64,000 nt of DNA from Podarcis tiliguerta (Eukaryota): assembly GCA_965153285.1 (NCBI GenBank), contig OZ229117.1. One strand, given 5' to 3'. The stretch's first letter is position 1, and the number at the start of each line of letters is the position of its first letter. Both the position numbers and the translations under genes were made by a program. A model generated the notes under the pieces. That model searched no databases and was not told where the DNA came from. It worked only from the letters and a program-made list of their open reading frames with translations. This document shows, piece after piece, positions 48,836 through 62,089 of this stretch.

Positions 48836-49460
48836 CAAGAACATAAGAAGAGCCTGCTGATCAGGACAATGGCCCATCCAATCCAGTAACCTGTTCTCAG
48901 AGTGGCCAACCAGATGCCTGTGGGAAACCTGCAATCAGGACCTGAGCATAAGAGCACTCTGCCCTCCTGTAGTTTCCAGCAGAATGTGTTCAGAAGCATT
49001 ACTAACCATGGAGGCAGAGCATAGCCACCTTGGCTTGTAGCAATTAATGGCCTTATCCTCTATGGATTTGCCCAATCTTCTTTTAAAGGCATCTGATTCG
49101 GTGGCCATCACTGCCTCCTGTAGGAGCGAGCTCCACAGTTTAATTATGTGTTAGGTGAAATAGCACTTTCTTTTATTGCTAGCTGCTGTGGGAGCAAGTT
49201 CCATAGTTTAACTATGTGCTGGGTGAAGAAATAATTTCTTTTATCCATCCTGAATCTTCCAACAGTCAGCTTCATTGGATGTCAATGAATTGCTGGTGTT
49301 ACGAGAGATGGAGAAAAACTTTTCTTTCTCCACTTTTTCCATGCTATGCATAATTTTATAAACTTCAATCAGGTCACATATTACTCACATATTTTTCTCT
49401 TAAATGAAAAAGTTCCAAACTCATAGGTGAGTCACTCCATCCCCCGATCATTTTGCATTT
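48836..49460 (-). mobile_element. CR1 LINE 3' region with an internal ~68-bp duplication
   Basis: AAGAACATAAGAAGAGCCTGCTGATCAGG tail. Duplicated block at 49111-49177 and 49181-49247. Confidence 0.8.
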
Positions 49461-49819
49461 CTTTCTTAATTTTGATGTAATAAAGGGGAATCTGCACCTG
49501 CTGGGAAGCTTCTGCTTTGCTTTACTCTTCCATGGGACCTTCAGTATCTCCAAACCTTAACGCATCAATGAGACCCCCAGAACCATAATTTCCCTCTAAC
49601 CCAGTGCCCTCCAGATGTTTTGGACCACAACTATGTCAAGGTTGCTGGGGCTGGTGGGAATTGTAGTCCAAAACATATGGAGGACACAAGGTTAGGGAGA
49701 GCTTCTTTATGCCAATTTCTGTCCAAGCAGCCTCCAGTTTGCGTCAATAGTTTGTCTTTCTTCCTGTCACCCGCTCGGGAAGGGATACAGCATTGCCATT
49801 TGACTCTGCAAGGTCAAAT

Positions 49820-50002
49820 TGGAGAAGAGCCATAGCTCAGCAGTAGAATATCTGCCTCGGTTGCAGAAGGTTCCAGGTTCAGTGCCCACCATCTCCTGTT
49901 AAGACTGGCAATGTTCCCTGCCTGAAACCCTGGAGAGCCATAGCCAGTCAATGTAGACTATGCTGAGCACCAATGATCTGATTAAGCATAAGGCAGCATC
50001 TT
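49820..50002 (+). mobile_element. Squam2-like SINE
   Basis: CATAGCTCAGCAGTAG head and CTGCCTGAAACCCTGGAGAGCC body. Confidence 0.7.
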
Positions 50003-50649
50003 GTGGTCCAACAGTCTTCATGCTTATAGAAAACCTCCAAATTTTGCAGGCTGCAAAGGTTCCTTGGGAAGAAAAAGCAGTCATTTTGGACCCAGCATTG
50101 CCTTGCTGCTTGTTTCCATCATCAAATTCCCTGAGAATCTGGCTTTATAAAGCCGGGAAGCTTTAGAGAAAGTGGGGGGCGGAATCCCACCACAAACTGT
50201 TTCTGAAATAACTTTTTAAAACTACATTTTTATCCATGTTGGGTGCACATTGGGTGTGAGTCTTCAGGAAAATCTTCATAGCCATCAGATTTACACAGCT
50301 GGTAGCAATCTCTCCCTCCCCTCCCCACTTCGCTCTCTCTCACACCTTTTAATACTACAATGCTATAGTGTAGCCTGCTGTTTAGTGGAGAATATTAGCT
50401 CCCCTGTGCATTTTCTCTGCTGCTCCTTGCCAAGAAGGGGGTGGAGGGTGTTATAGCAGCACCGGTCCTGTAAGCTCTTATTTATTCTGGCTATTAATAG
50501 CTTTCACACAAACATTGCTCATTAGTCCAGTTTCTGACTGCTGTCACCAAAGCTCACAGGCTAGGCTGCCGAGAGCTTTGCAGTAGATGGATTCTCCACA
50601 AGAAGCATCCTGTTAGATCTCATCAAGGCTCAAAACTCATTCAGTATCT

Positions 50650-51040
50650 CAGGAGTGAGGAACCTCAGGTCTGGGGGCTGAATGTGGCCCTTCTGGAACT
50701 CTGGCCCTCTGAACTCTGTTTTTGGCCTGGCCGGTATGCATCTTTCGTCCACCTGCTTTAGCCTCAGCCTTACCACAGCTAACAGGTGGGCCCTGAAGGT
50801 AGCCTAAAAGCAAGGGTGCCAACCTGAATAAAATATGGGGGGGCAGACCTTTCTCACAAAATTGATCACAAGATGCAGCACATACACACCACTTGAATAG
50901 CAATGGCCATCAAGTTTGAGGTGGCTTGGCGTTCTCAAATATTTTATTGGGGAGGCTGAAGGGAACTCAGCCCCTATCATTTGGCTCCTATGCTTAAAAG
51001 GGAATGTGGCCCTTCAGGTTGTGAAGGTTCCCTGCTCCTG
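50650..51040. mobile_element. hAT (Charlie-like) MITE hosting a nested MITE
   Basis: TIRs CAGGAGTGAGGAACCT / AGGTTCCCTGCTCCTG. Confidence 0.6.
50811..50992. mobile_element. Nested hAT MITE
   Basis: Ends CAAGGGTGCCAA / TTGGCTCCTATG. 8-bp TSD CCTAAAAG / CTTAAAAG (7/8). Confidence 0.7.
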
Positions 51041-51289
51041 TAAGATCCTCTTTCTAACACTGACCAACTTCCCAAAAAGCCCATAGGCAGGAGCGTCATG
51101 AGAACAGGAGTTGTCTCCTGATGTCTGGCTCCAACCATCGGTATTCTAGGGCGTATTAAACATGGAAGCTACCTGTCATGGTTCATTACTCTTCGGAGGG
51201 CCATCCTCCATGAATTCAGCTAATCCTTGTGTAAAGCTAGTGACCATCACTGAATCTTCTGGCAACAAATTCAACCAGCTGTTTAGACA

Positions 51290-51441
51290 TGAGAGGAAGG
51301 TGGTGGACTCCCCTTCATTGGAGGTTTTTAAATAGAGGTTGGATGTCAATCTGTCAGGGATTCTTTAGCTGAGATTCCTGCATTTCAGGGGATCGGATTA
51401 CATAACCCTTTTGGACACTTCCAACTCTACAATTCTATGAT
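51290..51441 (+). mobile_element. CR1 LINE 3' terminus
   Basis: GTGGACTCCCCTTCATTGGAGGTTTTTAAATAGAGGTTGGATG...CCAACTCTACAATTCTATGATT canonical CR1 tail. Confidence 0.8.
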
Positions 51442-52096
51442 TCACATGTTTCTAAAATGAGCAACCTGGGCTGGAAGAGATATTCTGTGAGGTCCCCACG
51501 TAGGCTGGGAAGCTAGGTTATGAACTTGAAAGGTTCCCCTTTCCTGCCTCCTCCTCCTCCGTGCTCTGATTTATTATTTCCTTCCTGATGTTTCTCTGAT
51601 TTGACGGCAGCAATTGCCAGTTGGCCTGCGACGGTTCGGTGTCCCGCAGATTTAATTTTCTGCCTTTCATGTACTGGCAGGCAACAGTTTTGTGGGAGTA
51701 TTTCCCATGGGTACCACGCTTTGAGTACAGAATAGGAAAGATTCCATCTTCAGAGGAGAAGGAGAAACACATGACCTCAAGGTAAACATCTGCTACAAGG
51801 AAGGTGAGCAGCTGATGACCCAGTTGGAGATGAAATCCTATTTGGGAAGAGCTGGGTAATACGATGAGACAGACAAGCACATATGGAGCTCTGGCAGAGG
51901 ATGCAGTGCCCGCATCAACCCTTCACTCACGCATAGGAGAGGAAACCATGTAACAGACAGTGACAGAGAACTACTTGGACATCCGATTAAGTATCTTCCC
52001 CATCAGGAGCCACTCCACACTCCTAACCCATGAGGAAATTCCCCAGGTCTGGAGAACTCCTTGTCTGTCAGTGGATAGGGAGGGTGGGTAGGGAGT

Positions 52097-52295
52097 GGGT
52101 GGAGATGGCTCAGTGGTAAAGTATCTGTTTGCAAGCAGAACTCCCAGGGTTCAATCCCCAGGGGCATCTCCAGGGACGGGCAAGAAAGGCTGATGTCTAA
52201 AACCCCAGGGAACTTTTGCCATTCAGACTAGACAATATTGAGCTAGATGGAGCAATGATCAGACTCCATTTTAGGTCGCTTTCTATGTTCCTATG
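52097..52295 (+). mobile_element. Squam2-like SINE
   Basis: TGGCTCAGTGGTA...GGTTCAATCCCC head and TTCTATGTTCCTATG tail. Confidence 0.7.
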
Positions 52296-52534
52296 CCAGT
52301 CAGAACAGCAGGGATTGGCCCTTCAGATGATGACATGTGATGAGACGCTTATAAGCCCTAACCATTGGATCTGTTTCTCAGGTTGATGTGTGTTGTGGTC
52401 AAAGAAGTTCTGGAGGGTCATAGGTCCTCCACCCCTGGCTTAGGGACCCTACTGCCCTGTGTTGTAGGCTTGCTAGCCTAGCCAGGAGGTATATTAATCC
52501 AGGTCATTTGGAATCTGTTTGCCAGCTTGGTGCA

Positions 52535-52615
52535 TAGCTGTGATTCCTGCATTGCAGGGGTTGGACTAGATGGCCCTTTGGGTCCCTTCCAACTCTGCAG
52601 TCTTATGATTTTATG
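52535..52615 (+). mobile_element. CR1 LINE 3' terminus
   Basis: GATTCCTGCATTGCAGGGGTTGGACTAGATGGCCCTTTGGGTCCCTTCCAACTCT. Confidence 0.8.
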
Positions 52616-54253
52616 AGTATATGCAGCTGGTTATTAACTGTTGCAGTTATGCTTTTGCCAACCAAACTGGGAGTGATTACTCAGAATCCTTTGCCTACTC
52701 TGAGATTGACACACATGCACCTCATTTAGAGAGGATGTTGTAAATGCATCCTCAGCTCTTCAATCTGAATTAATTAACCCTTTAAGCACCTCTACACAAC
52801 CCTTTTGAAATTCAAGGCCTTTTCAAATTTCTCTGGAATACCTGGATCAGTTTTGCCTGAATCAATCAGCACATGGCAGGCAAGACCAAGATGTAATTGC
52901 AAACAAAGCTTGGCTCTCTATATACAGTTTTAGGTAACTATATCAAGACTCCATTTTTCAAAGCTGGATTTATGCTGTGCATTAGAATCCTGGCAATTCA
53001 GAGCAACTTCTGTGCCACAGCAGCTGAACATTTTGCTCTCCGCCCCCAGTCAAAAGACCTAGTCTTGTCCAGAGTGTAGATAACAAACTAATACTGAATT
53101 GAAATCATGCTTCCTGTGTAATCTACCTACAGTCCTTGTGCCGGTAACAATTCCTTTCCAGTTCCTGCAGGATGTGCTCTGGCATCAAGTGTGTGGTGGC
53201 ACAGGGTATGAAGAATGGGAGCACAGTCAATTCCAACCATGTTACCCTACAGCAGCCTTCTCCAACCTGGTACCTTCCAGATGTTTTGAACTGCTACTCC
53301 CATCAGCCCTAGAGGGCACCTAGTTGAGGAAGGCTGCACTAAAGCTTGTGAAAAATAGCTGCATGGTTTAGCTGCAGAGTGAGATCTGCACTGGGAAGTG
53401 CAAGGTGAGATCTGAGGAAACATAAAGGCTTGTTCAATAAATCAGTACAAAGTCTCAGTATCAGCTCAAAAGACAAGATACAAGACTCATAAGTCTACAA
53501 CAGATCTCTACAGTTCATGACTAGGCAATAGCTAAAACATGGTCCCCAGCACTTGACATGCCCCTCTTTTAAAGAACAGGGTAGGACCAATCATTCACAT
53601 AGCTTGCAAGCATGCACTCCAGCAAATAGTCTGGGTCTGTTCATGCATGTCCTTGGTGATGGGAGGTGAACCAGTCCCTCTGAGCCCCTTCCATCTCTGG
53701 TTCTTCTGGCCTCAGCAGTCAGGTCATGGAGGCCTCACTCTTGGAAGGTAGGTTAAGTACTGGTCCACTTGGTTCTCCATTCCCTTCTGTGATGTCCATC
53801 AATAATGAGGCAGAGGACTATCCCAACTGAATACTGAGGTTCTCCCAAGCTCCAGCCTTTGAATCCTCCTCTGACAGCTCCTTCCAGCCATGAGTCAGGC
53901 AGTGTCATGGGACCCATGACATGGGCAAAACAACATCAATTGGGGTGCCCCCTTCCCTGGTAGATTTGCCAGTCATGACAGCACCACTGCAATTTTCAGC
54001 AGGCTGACAAGAGATGACCAACATTTTGACATTTTCCTAATGTCATATAACATCACCCCAGAGCATTGTAGGAATGTCAAAATGGCTTCCTCACCACCTG
54101 CCACCTGGATGGCCCATCCAGTTAATTCACTGGAGAAGGTGGGAAACCCAACTCAATTGAGCTTCCAAGATGCTTGGCTATTAGCAACTGCCTGAAGATG
54201 CCAGGTACTGCTCCTAGTCCTGGATGTGAAGTTAAATTTCCAGACTCAAAATT

Positions 54254-54480
54254 CATAAGAAGAGCCTGCTGGTTCAAGCCAATGGCCCATCTAGCCCAGC
54301 ATCCTGTTCTCACAGTGGCCAACCAGATACCTGTAGGAAACTGGCAAGCAGAATCCAAGCACAAGGGCCCTCTCCCTTACTGTGGCTCCCAGCATCTGGC
54401 ATGCAGAAGCATTACTGCCTCGTAACCATGCAGGCAGTTCATAGCCATTGTGGCTAGTAGCCATTGATAGCCATATCCTC
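54254..54480 (-). mobile_element. CR1 3' UTR fragment
   Basis: CATAAGAAGAGCCTGCTGGTTCAAGCCAATGGCCCATCTAGCCCAGCATCCTGTTCTCACAGTGGCCAACCAG. Confidence 0.75.
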
Positions 54481-54949
54481 CCCTCCAGTTTGACTCCACT
54501 GTCCTCATTTCACCTCTCTCCATGCTCTCTCGACTTATCTATAGCATTTATACTCTACCTTCTGATGCAAAGGTGGCTTACAAGCAATCAATATTAACAA
54601 TGACGCGTAATAAAACAGCAAAACAAGAATAGAGGCACAATGATAAATGCAGTGCATTAAAATAGAAGCAAGAAACATATAAAATGATCTTCACTGTCAT
54701 TAGAAGAATGAGAGAACAGGATGGCCTTTGCTTAGTGCAGGGGTGGGGAACTGCAGCCCAGGAGTCTGGGTGTGGCTCCCCGGGCATTTTTACCTGGCCC
54801 CTGGGCTCTCCTCAGACCATGCCCCCAGCCCCACTTCATACCCTCCTTGAGAGTTTCTGCCTGCACAGAAGGTGCCCTTGTACTATTAGCGAAAATAACA
54901 TACAAAACTGCATTATACTAGGGGAAACTGTTTTGCAAAAATATGTATA

Positions 54950-55192
54950 CAGTGGACCCTCCAGATATGAACTTAATTCGTTCCAGGGGTCCGTGCACAA
55001 CCTGAAAAGTCTGCAACAAGAGGCGCCGCTTCTGCTCATGTGCACGGCATGATGGAGCACTTCCACACATGCATGCGGTGTGCAAAGCGCTTCTGCGCAT
55101 GGACGCGCTGTGAAACCCAGAAGTATACACTTCCCACGTTCATAACCCAAAAGTTACGTTACCCAAAAGTAACATAGCCTGAGGTGCCACTG
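54950..55192. mobile_element. Tc1/mariner (Tigger-like) MITE nested in a TAGGGATG-family element
   Basis: TIRs CAGTGGACCCTC / GAGGTGCCACTG. TA TSD at 54948-54949 and 55193-55194. Confidence 0.8.
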
Positions 55193-55829
55193 TATCAGGC
55201 AAAAATGTACACAAAAAGGTGCGTTAGGATAAATTGCACTAAAATGCTGGTGAACTTTCATGAAGTCTTAAGAGAATCACAAACTGATGGGGAAATGTAA
55301 GGAATTGAACTTGAAATTGGAAAAATAAGAAACTCAAATAAATAGAATTAGGCACATTTCCCACCACTCATCCCTATCTAGTGCATAACAGATAACAGCA
55401 AGTGGACAAATCCTGGGAGAACATTTCATAGTTTTTGCGCCACCACATTAAAGACCATTTCTTCATTAATCATCCATCTGAAGGGTCCTAAGAGAGTATC
55501 TTAAGCAAGGAGCTGATAAGGAGTAGGTGACCTATTAGATTTGCTAGCTAAACCTGAGGACATTCTGTTTTTTACCCACCAAACTGCTCTGAGCTGATCT
55601 GAATTGAAGGGATTCCTCCAAAGAATTTGCTAGTACCAAGTTCATAACTCTACCTTCCTCAGAACACTTGTCAACCTTTCAGAAAAAGAAATATTTCTTT
55701 CAAGAGAAATTGTGGATTGTTTGGGACAAATATATCCTGAAAGTAGCTGACCACTTGAGTAATATCATGCTTTTGTATGTGGGTGTCTGGTTACTGAAGG
55801 GCCTCTGAACACAGAGAATCTATAGATAA

Positions 55830-56193
55830 AGGTAAAGGTAAAGGTACCCCTGCCCGTACAGGCCAGTCTTGACAGACTCTAGGGTTGTGCGCCCATCTCA
55901 CTCAAAGAGGCCAAGGGCCAGCGCTGTCCGAAGACACTTCCGGGTCACGTGGCCAGCGTGACATTGCTGCTCTGGCGAGCCAGAGCCGCACACAGAAACG
56001 CCGTTTACCTTCCCGCTAGTAAGCGATCCCTATTTATCTACTTGCACCCAGGGGTGCTTTCGAACTGCTAGGTTGGCAGGCGCTGGGACCGAACAGCGGG
56101 AGCGCACCCTGCTGCGAGGATTCGAACTGCCGACCCTTCGATCGGCAAGCCCTAGGCACTGAGGCTTTAACCCACAGCGCCACCCGCGTCCCT
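55830..56193 (-). mobile_element. Sauria SINE subfamily B, full length, young
   Basis: 13-bp perfect TSD AATCTATAGATAA at 55817-55829 and 56194-56206. Many CpGs retained. Confidence 0.93.
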
Positions 56194-59067
56194 AATCTAT
56201 AGATAAGTGCTACCAAATGAAATAATTACATTTCCTGCTTTATTTCCCCCTCTCTTGTTAAGCTGCTTACAAAATCAATGGACGGAACTACATGAAGTAA
56301 GAAAACACAGGCTTGCCGCCATGGGTCAGGAGCTAGAAAGCGGCCCACAGGCCCACATGGCTTCCAGGACAAACATAAGAAGAGCCCTGCTGGTTCAGGC
56401 CAAAGACCCATCCAATCCACTGTCCTGTTCCCACAGTGGCTGGCCAGATGCTCATGGACACCATGGCAAAGGAGGAAACTACCCTAAAATTTAACTTCCA
56501 GAGACCTGGTAAGCAGGGCTGACCTCTGGAGACATGCCCTGCACTTCTCCAAAAGGCAAGATAAGGACAGAACTAGAAGACGTAGTTGCTATTTATGTGG
56601 AACATTCCTAAACAGCTTAACATTTAAAACTATCTAAGTAGTATACAATATGCGATAAAACATAACGCAAGAAGATGCCACAAAATCATTAAACACATCA
56701 TAAGAACAGTAAAAATTACAACAGCAGAAGAACAAAAACACAGAGGTGTAAAAATCCAGCCTCAGGGATCTGGAAAGGCCCAGGCAAAAAGAGATGTTTA
56801 TGAGAGACGGCCAAGACAGAAAACTGAAAGCACCTTGTGAATTGCAGAGGGGGCAACTATGGAAAACCCTGTTTCTGGGGAAGTGCTCTGCAACAATCTG
56901 CAGGGTGTAGTGCCAGACTTATTTATTTTTATTAATTTGCAAAAATCCCTATACTGCCGACATTGGGGGAGAGGAGTGCTACAGTGATTGACAGCATAAA
57001 ATAAACACTTTAGCCCTTGTATACTCTCTTTCCCCCTTCCCCTCCTTTTTCACATATTTCTAGTTGCAAGTTCCTTTATAAACCAAAGGAAACAAAAACA
57101 CATACGTACAAGCCTGCAATTGCCCATTCTAGACACTTCTTCGTCTTAGTATCCTGTTGAAATTCTGTAGGAGGCAGCCATAAAAGAAGATTAAAAGCAA
57201 CAATGTCTTATTAAAGTTACCAATGGATCGGTTGATGTATTAATGTGTTCTTCTCAGCTGTTAGAAGTCTACACTTATCCAGAGAATCAAACGCTAATAT
57301 ATCAAGGCTTGAATGCCCTCTTCGTCCCATGGGAAATGAGAACCCCTTCTATTGTGTATTTATCTGCTCCTGAAACAAGGTGGTCAAAACACACAGAGGT
57401 CAGACAGAAAGGAGAGGGGGGGAGTGGCAGGCTGTGAGTGGAGAGACTCATCTCTATTACTCTCCAGAAATGAATTGTCTAAACCTAGCACAGCATTTCT
57501 CAAACTTCCAGGAGCTGAAACACATCCATGAGGGATGAGCTCCATGAGGACAGCTTAGGAAACTTTTTATGGGGATCGCCTCCCGGTCTAGCTTCTTCAA
57601 GGAGTCCTCAAAGGGGGTGTGGGGAACAGCAGGGCCTGGTGCTCACTGGGACTGGTAGGGCAGAAGGTAAGGAGGCCAACAGTAGGTGGAGGCAGAGTCA
57701 GTGACAGATAGAGCAGTCTAGTTTTGGCCTCATTCTTTCCCCTGCTGAGTTTTACAAGGACAGCACTGAGCCTATGGAGGAGGAAGCCTGGGCTACAATG
57801 CCCTGGACTGGTTGGAAGTAGCTAGGTGGGCTGGTGGTAATTGGTTGAGCGCAGACTGATGTTGGTGGGGCAGTACCACATTGACTTTAATGGATCTGCT
57901 TCCACTGGTTGGGCAGCTTGCATTTCACCAACGTTGGAGAAGGCTTAGAAAATCCAAATGCAAGAAGAATGCCCTCATGGCTCCCACCACCCCACCCTTG
58001 AGCACACAGACTCCCTCTCAGCCACAAATGCGTTCTTCCAAGCCTCTCTGCCTGGCCCTCAAGATTCTCACGCTCTCCTGGAGTGTTTTTGCCTAGCAAG
58101 CTTTAAAGTGTCCTTGAACTCTGATGATGCCTCTGGCTTTCCTGGATGGAGAACAGAGGAGAGTGTGCCAGGGTGTGTAGAAGGTGACCTACTGTACAAA
58201 GTAAAATTTAAATCTGTTGCTCTTTCCACATTGTCCCATTTACCGTTCTCAACACAAATAAAGTAAATGCACACACACACATGCACACACATTATTTTAG
58301 TTGCAAAATCCATTCAGATACCAACAATCTGTATGCATAAAACCAGCAGACATTACGTTTGTTCATGTCCACAGCAGTAAATTCTGCATTCTCTCCTGTT
58401 TTTCATAAGTCGATTGAAATCTTAATCAGATGTAGGATCGATGCCAACAGGCTTTTCTTGCTGGCGCCAATGTAGAACATTCCTGTGCCCCCAAGCATTT
58501 ATGTGAGATAAGTCTATGGAATTGTTTGTGGTATCCTCTGAATTTTTAATAGGATTTTTTTAATATAATAATGGTGGTTTAATCATTGCATCATTATCTG
58601 CTCTTATTTTATTGTTTTTGTGATCTCACTTGCCCTGGAATCAGCAACAATGAAGGGTGGAGAAGAAATCTTTTAGATAAATAAATGAATAATATTCAGC
58701 CACATCACCATCACCGAGTGCCTCCCTTTTTTGGTAAATCTTTTAAATATAATTTTCACAATACAGAAAGAAACTCTGAAGATATTCCCATAGTTTATCA
58801 AGGGAGAATGTACTCATTCTCCACTTTTACTTGTGGGCAAGTAAGAGTATGTGAGGGAAAGAGTTTTTGCTGTTACTGTTTTTTATTCTTATTAACAGAA
58901 TTATTTATTATTTATTATTCATTATTTATTTATAATGATGACCTTATAAGAAATTTTAATAACAAAGATAAGCAAAAAACAACAACCACAATAATGGAAA
59001 AGTAGAGATACATTATAATGGTCAGAAAATGACAACACTGACAACATCCTCCTAAATAAAAATTAAA

Positions 59068-59188
59068 GGATTGTACCCAATGCTAGCGGTACCCAGAGTA
59101 GAACCGCTGGAATGAACGGTCATGACTCACTTCGGTTAATTAATTTCAGTTGAGCTGTTCTGAGTATAACTTAGCTGGATGCGACCCA
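59068..59188. mobile_element. Short palindromic element (GGxTTGTAxCCAA...TGGATxCxACCC); second copy at 59319-59424
   Basis: Imperfect inverted arms containing CAGAGTA / TCTGAG in both copies. Confidence 0.5.
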
Positions 59189-60717
59189 AAGAAAGAAAGA
59201 GACAGCTTCTGGTCATATTCCTCTTAATAAAGAATAAGGTTGAATTGTGATTTGAACCTTCTTGTTCCTATCATGAATGAATAGACGCAGATCTGATGGC
59301 AATTCAAACTATTGACTGAGGGTTGACTCAGAGTAGGCTCATAAAAATTAATGGATACAACTAACTTGAGTCCTTTGATTTCAATGTGTCTGCTCTGAGT
59401 AGGATAAACATTGTATACAACCCCAAATCGGGGTTGAAGGTTGGGGGCAGAATACCACCAAAAATGTTCACCTTCCCAAAGGTTGAGTTGCTTCAGGTCA
59501 CCCCTTAATAGAAGCTACCAGCAGAAAAGTCTCTTTGAAATGAGCTCCGTCCCTTGACAGACCCAATAATCACTTGCCTCCACAAGCCGGTGCCCTAAAA
59601 ATCCCTATCTCGTTTTCTTCAGATTCATTTGAAAGACCTGACAAGAGGCCTGGAGAAGAGGCCAGGGTGAGGAACATGTATCCTATTAGCCATTTACAAG
59701 AAGCCTTCCATCAAAACCTTTAAGTGAAGTTTTTGGGTTGATTGGAAGCAAAAGGCTCTGATTAAATAAGAAACTCCATCTGGTTCAAGAGTCCAGCAGA
59801 GGATAGGGGGGGAAAGAAGCCAAGTGAATACTTTCAGCTACTTGTCAATGACATTGCTGTAAGAATGTCTCTCTCCTCCCTCCCTCCACCCCTGATGATA
59901 ATCAGGTAATAAGCAGAACTGAAAGAGCTGGTCTGAAGAAAAGAACAAGCAGGGTGAAAGGCTATGGAAACATATGGGTGACTTCTCCTGGTTCCACTAT
60001 TGGAGGGTTTTCTGATGTCCCAAGGCCTAGCACACCCTTGAAGGGCAATTGTGCATTCTGATGTAGCAAGGATGGGAGACTTGTGGCCCTCCAGATGTTG
60101 CTGGACTACAGCTCCCTTCAAGCCTGACCATTGGCCATGCTCGCTGGTGTTGATGGGAGTTGGAGTCCAACCACCTCTGGAAGGCCTATGGGTTCCCCTG
60201 ACATCTGGGGTAGTCACAGATTTGCTGCTCATGGGTGCAGCAGAAATGATATATTTGTGATGTGGTCTTGGGTGAAAACGGGCCACAGCTTTATTGACTA
60301 CACACCTGGTAAGTAGGGTTTGCATTGCAGTAGGGCAAGGAGCAGGTCAGCATTCCAGGCAGCCCTTGCTATTGGGGTGGTATTCTGCTTGATGACTGGG
60401 AAGCATCCAAAGCACCTATGGGTGTTCCATTGAGCTACAGGAGAAGGGGAGGGCTGGGGCTGCAGGGCTCTCTATTGATTCTGCTGAAGGACCAACAACC
60501 TTGGGATCTCCCCCTCGCCTTGAACTCCTTCCATTCAAGATGGGCATTACATGTATTGTGTAACTACAAAATAGTGCCTGGGTTTGCTTTTCCCCTCCTC
60601 CTTCCCCAGATTTCTGTTGTGCTACGTCTTTTAGATGGTAAACCTGAGGGCAAGAATAGCTTTACTATTGATATTTGTAAGCACTCTGGGAACTGTTTTT
60701 GGCTGAAGAGTGATATT

Positions 60718-61071
60718 GTTGTTGTTTAGTCGTTTAGTCGTGTCCGACTCTTCGTGACCCCATGGACCAGAGCACGCCAGGCACTCCTGTCTTCCACTGC
60801 CTCCCACAGTTTGATCAGACTCATGTTCGTAGCTTCCAGAACACTGTCCAACCATCTCGTCCTCTGTCGTCCCCTTCTCCTTATGCCCTCCATCTTTCCC
60901 AACATCAGGGTCTTTTCCAGGGAGTCTTCTCTTCTCATGAGGTGGCCAAAGTATTGGAGCCTCAGCTTCACGATCTTTCCTTCCAGTGAACACTCAGGGC
61001 TAATTTCCTTAAGAATGGATGCGTTTGATCTTCTTGCAGTCCATGGGACTCTCAAGAGTCCTCCAGCACCA
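60718..61071 (-). mobile_element. Bov-B (RTE) LINE, 5'-truncated 3' end
   Basis: ORF 60726-61055 encodes RVPWTARRSN...LRLQYFGHLMRREDSLEKTLMLGK...RRGRQRTRWLD...HGVTKSRTRLND, the Bov-B C-terminus. (CAA)n tail. Perfect 13-bp TSD GAAGAGTGATATT at 60705-60717 and 61072-61084. Confidence 0.95.
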
Positions 61072-61299
61072 GAAGAGTGATATTAAAATGTTGTAATTTA
61101 ATTAGATTTTTCCCTCTTCCCCAGCATGCTCTAGGAATGAGATTACACCGTGACGTGATATTATTCCAGGGCTTTCTGGGGAAGAAAAGAAGATTGCAAA
61201 AGGGCTGGCAAATTTCACCCCAGTCCTCCAAATTTGCCCACACTGCCCCCGAAATACAAATGAGGGAAGAAAGTTTCGCCCCCTCTCATCTCTGAACTG

Positions 61300-61304
<5 letters not shown>

Positions 61305-61369
<65 letters not shown>

Positions 61370-61372
61370 ACA
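61305..61372. repeat. Compound (CT)n(CA)n microsatellite
   Basis: Directly visible. Confidence 0.95.
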
Positions 61373-62089
61373 GTCCAATGTTCTCTGCCTGAAATGAACT
61401 GTATATCTTGTGGCAATGCAAGACTGGCAAACTTGGCAGCCCCTGTCCTTGTGGACTTACACAATGGGCTTTCAATTCGCCAAGTAATTGTGTGGAGGAC
61501 ATGCAAGTTGTGCCTCTCCTCTTGTCCTTAACAGTCCCTTGAGATTCTTTCTTTCTACATTTTGATCAGCAGCCTCAGCCTCGCCTCCTTCCTGCATTCT
61601 CCCACATAATTAGAACATCTAAATCTCTCCAATATTTCACTCTGACTTCGTAAAATTTACTTTGATTACTGGCACCCAGACTGCGGACTTGCAAAATTCC
61701 TCTAAAATGGTTGAGATAAGCATAATTGCTTCTCATTGTTCCCTCTGAAAACATCTCCTACTTTTATAGCTGCACTGAATTCAATCACCTTTTGTTGACT
61801 CTAGGAATCTTTATGGAGTACTGTGCATAACAGTGAAAGTCCCCGGTGCCTCTTGATTGCTGCGTAATAAAATGCCTGGGTTTGAGAGAAGTTTCTTGAA
61901 ACCAATCCCTTCCGATATGCTATTCCTACATGTGCAATAAACAAATTGACCAGGATCTGGAGGAGAAGGAACTGTCAGAGAGCATTCAAAGATTATAAGA
62001 ACCAAATTTGTATTTTCAAGTGTATATGGAAAAGCTTCAGAAATGTGTAAGAGGGAGGGGGGAGGGGATAGAGAAGAAGTGCCAGTTGC

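Noticed and set aside
51813-51852. CTGATGA...GAAA hammerhead-like motif (also CTGATGAG near 8782)
   Set aside because: Stem II does not close and there is no UH cleavage site after stem III. The motif near 8782 has no room for the stems.
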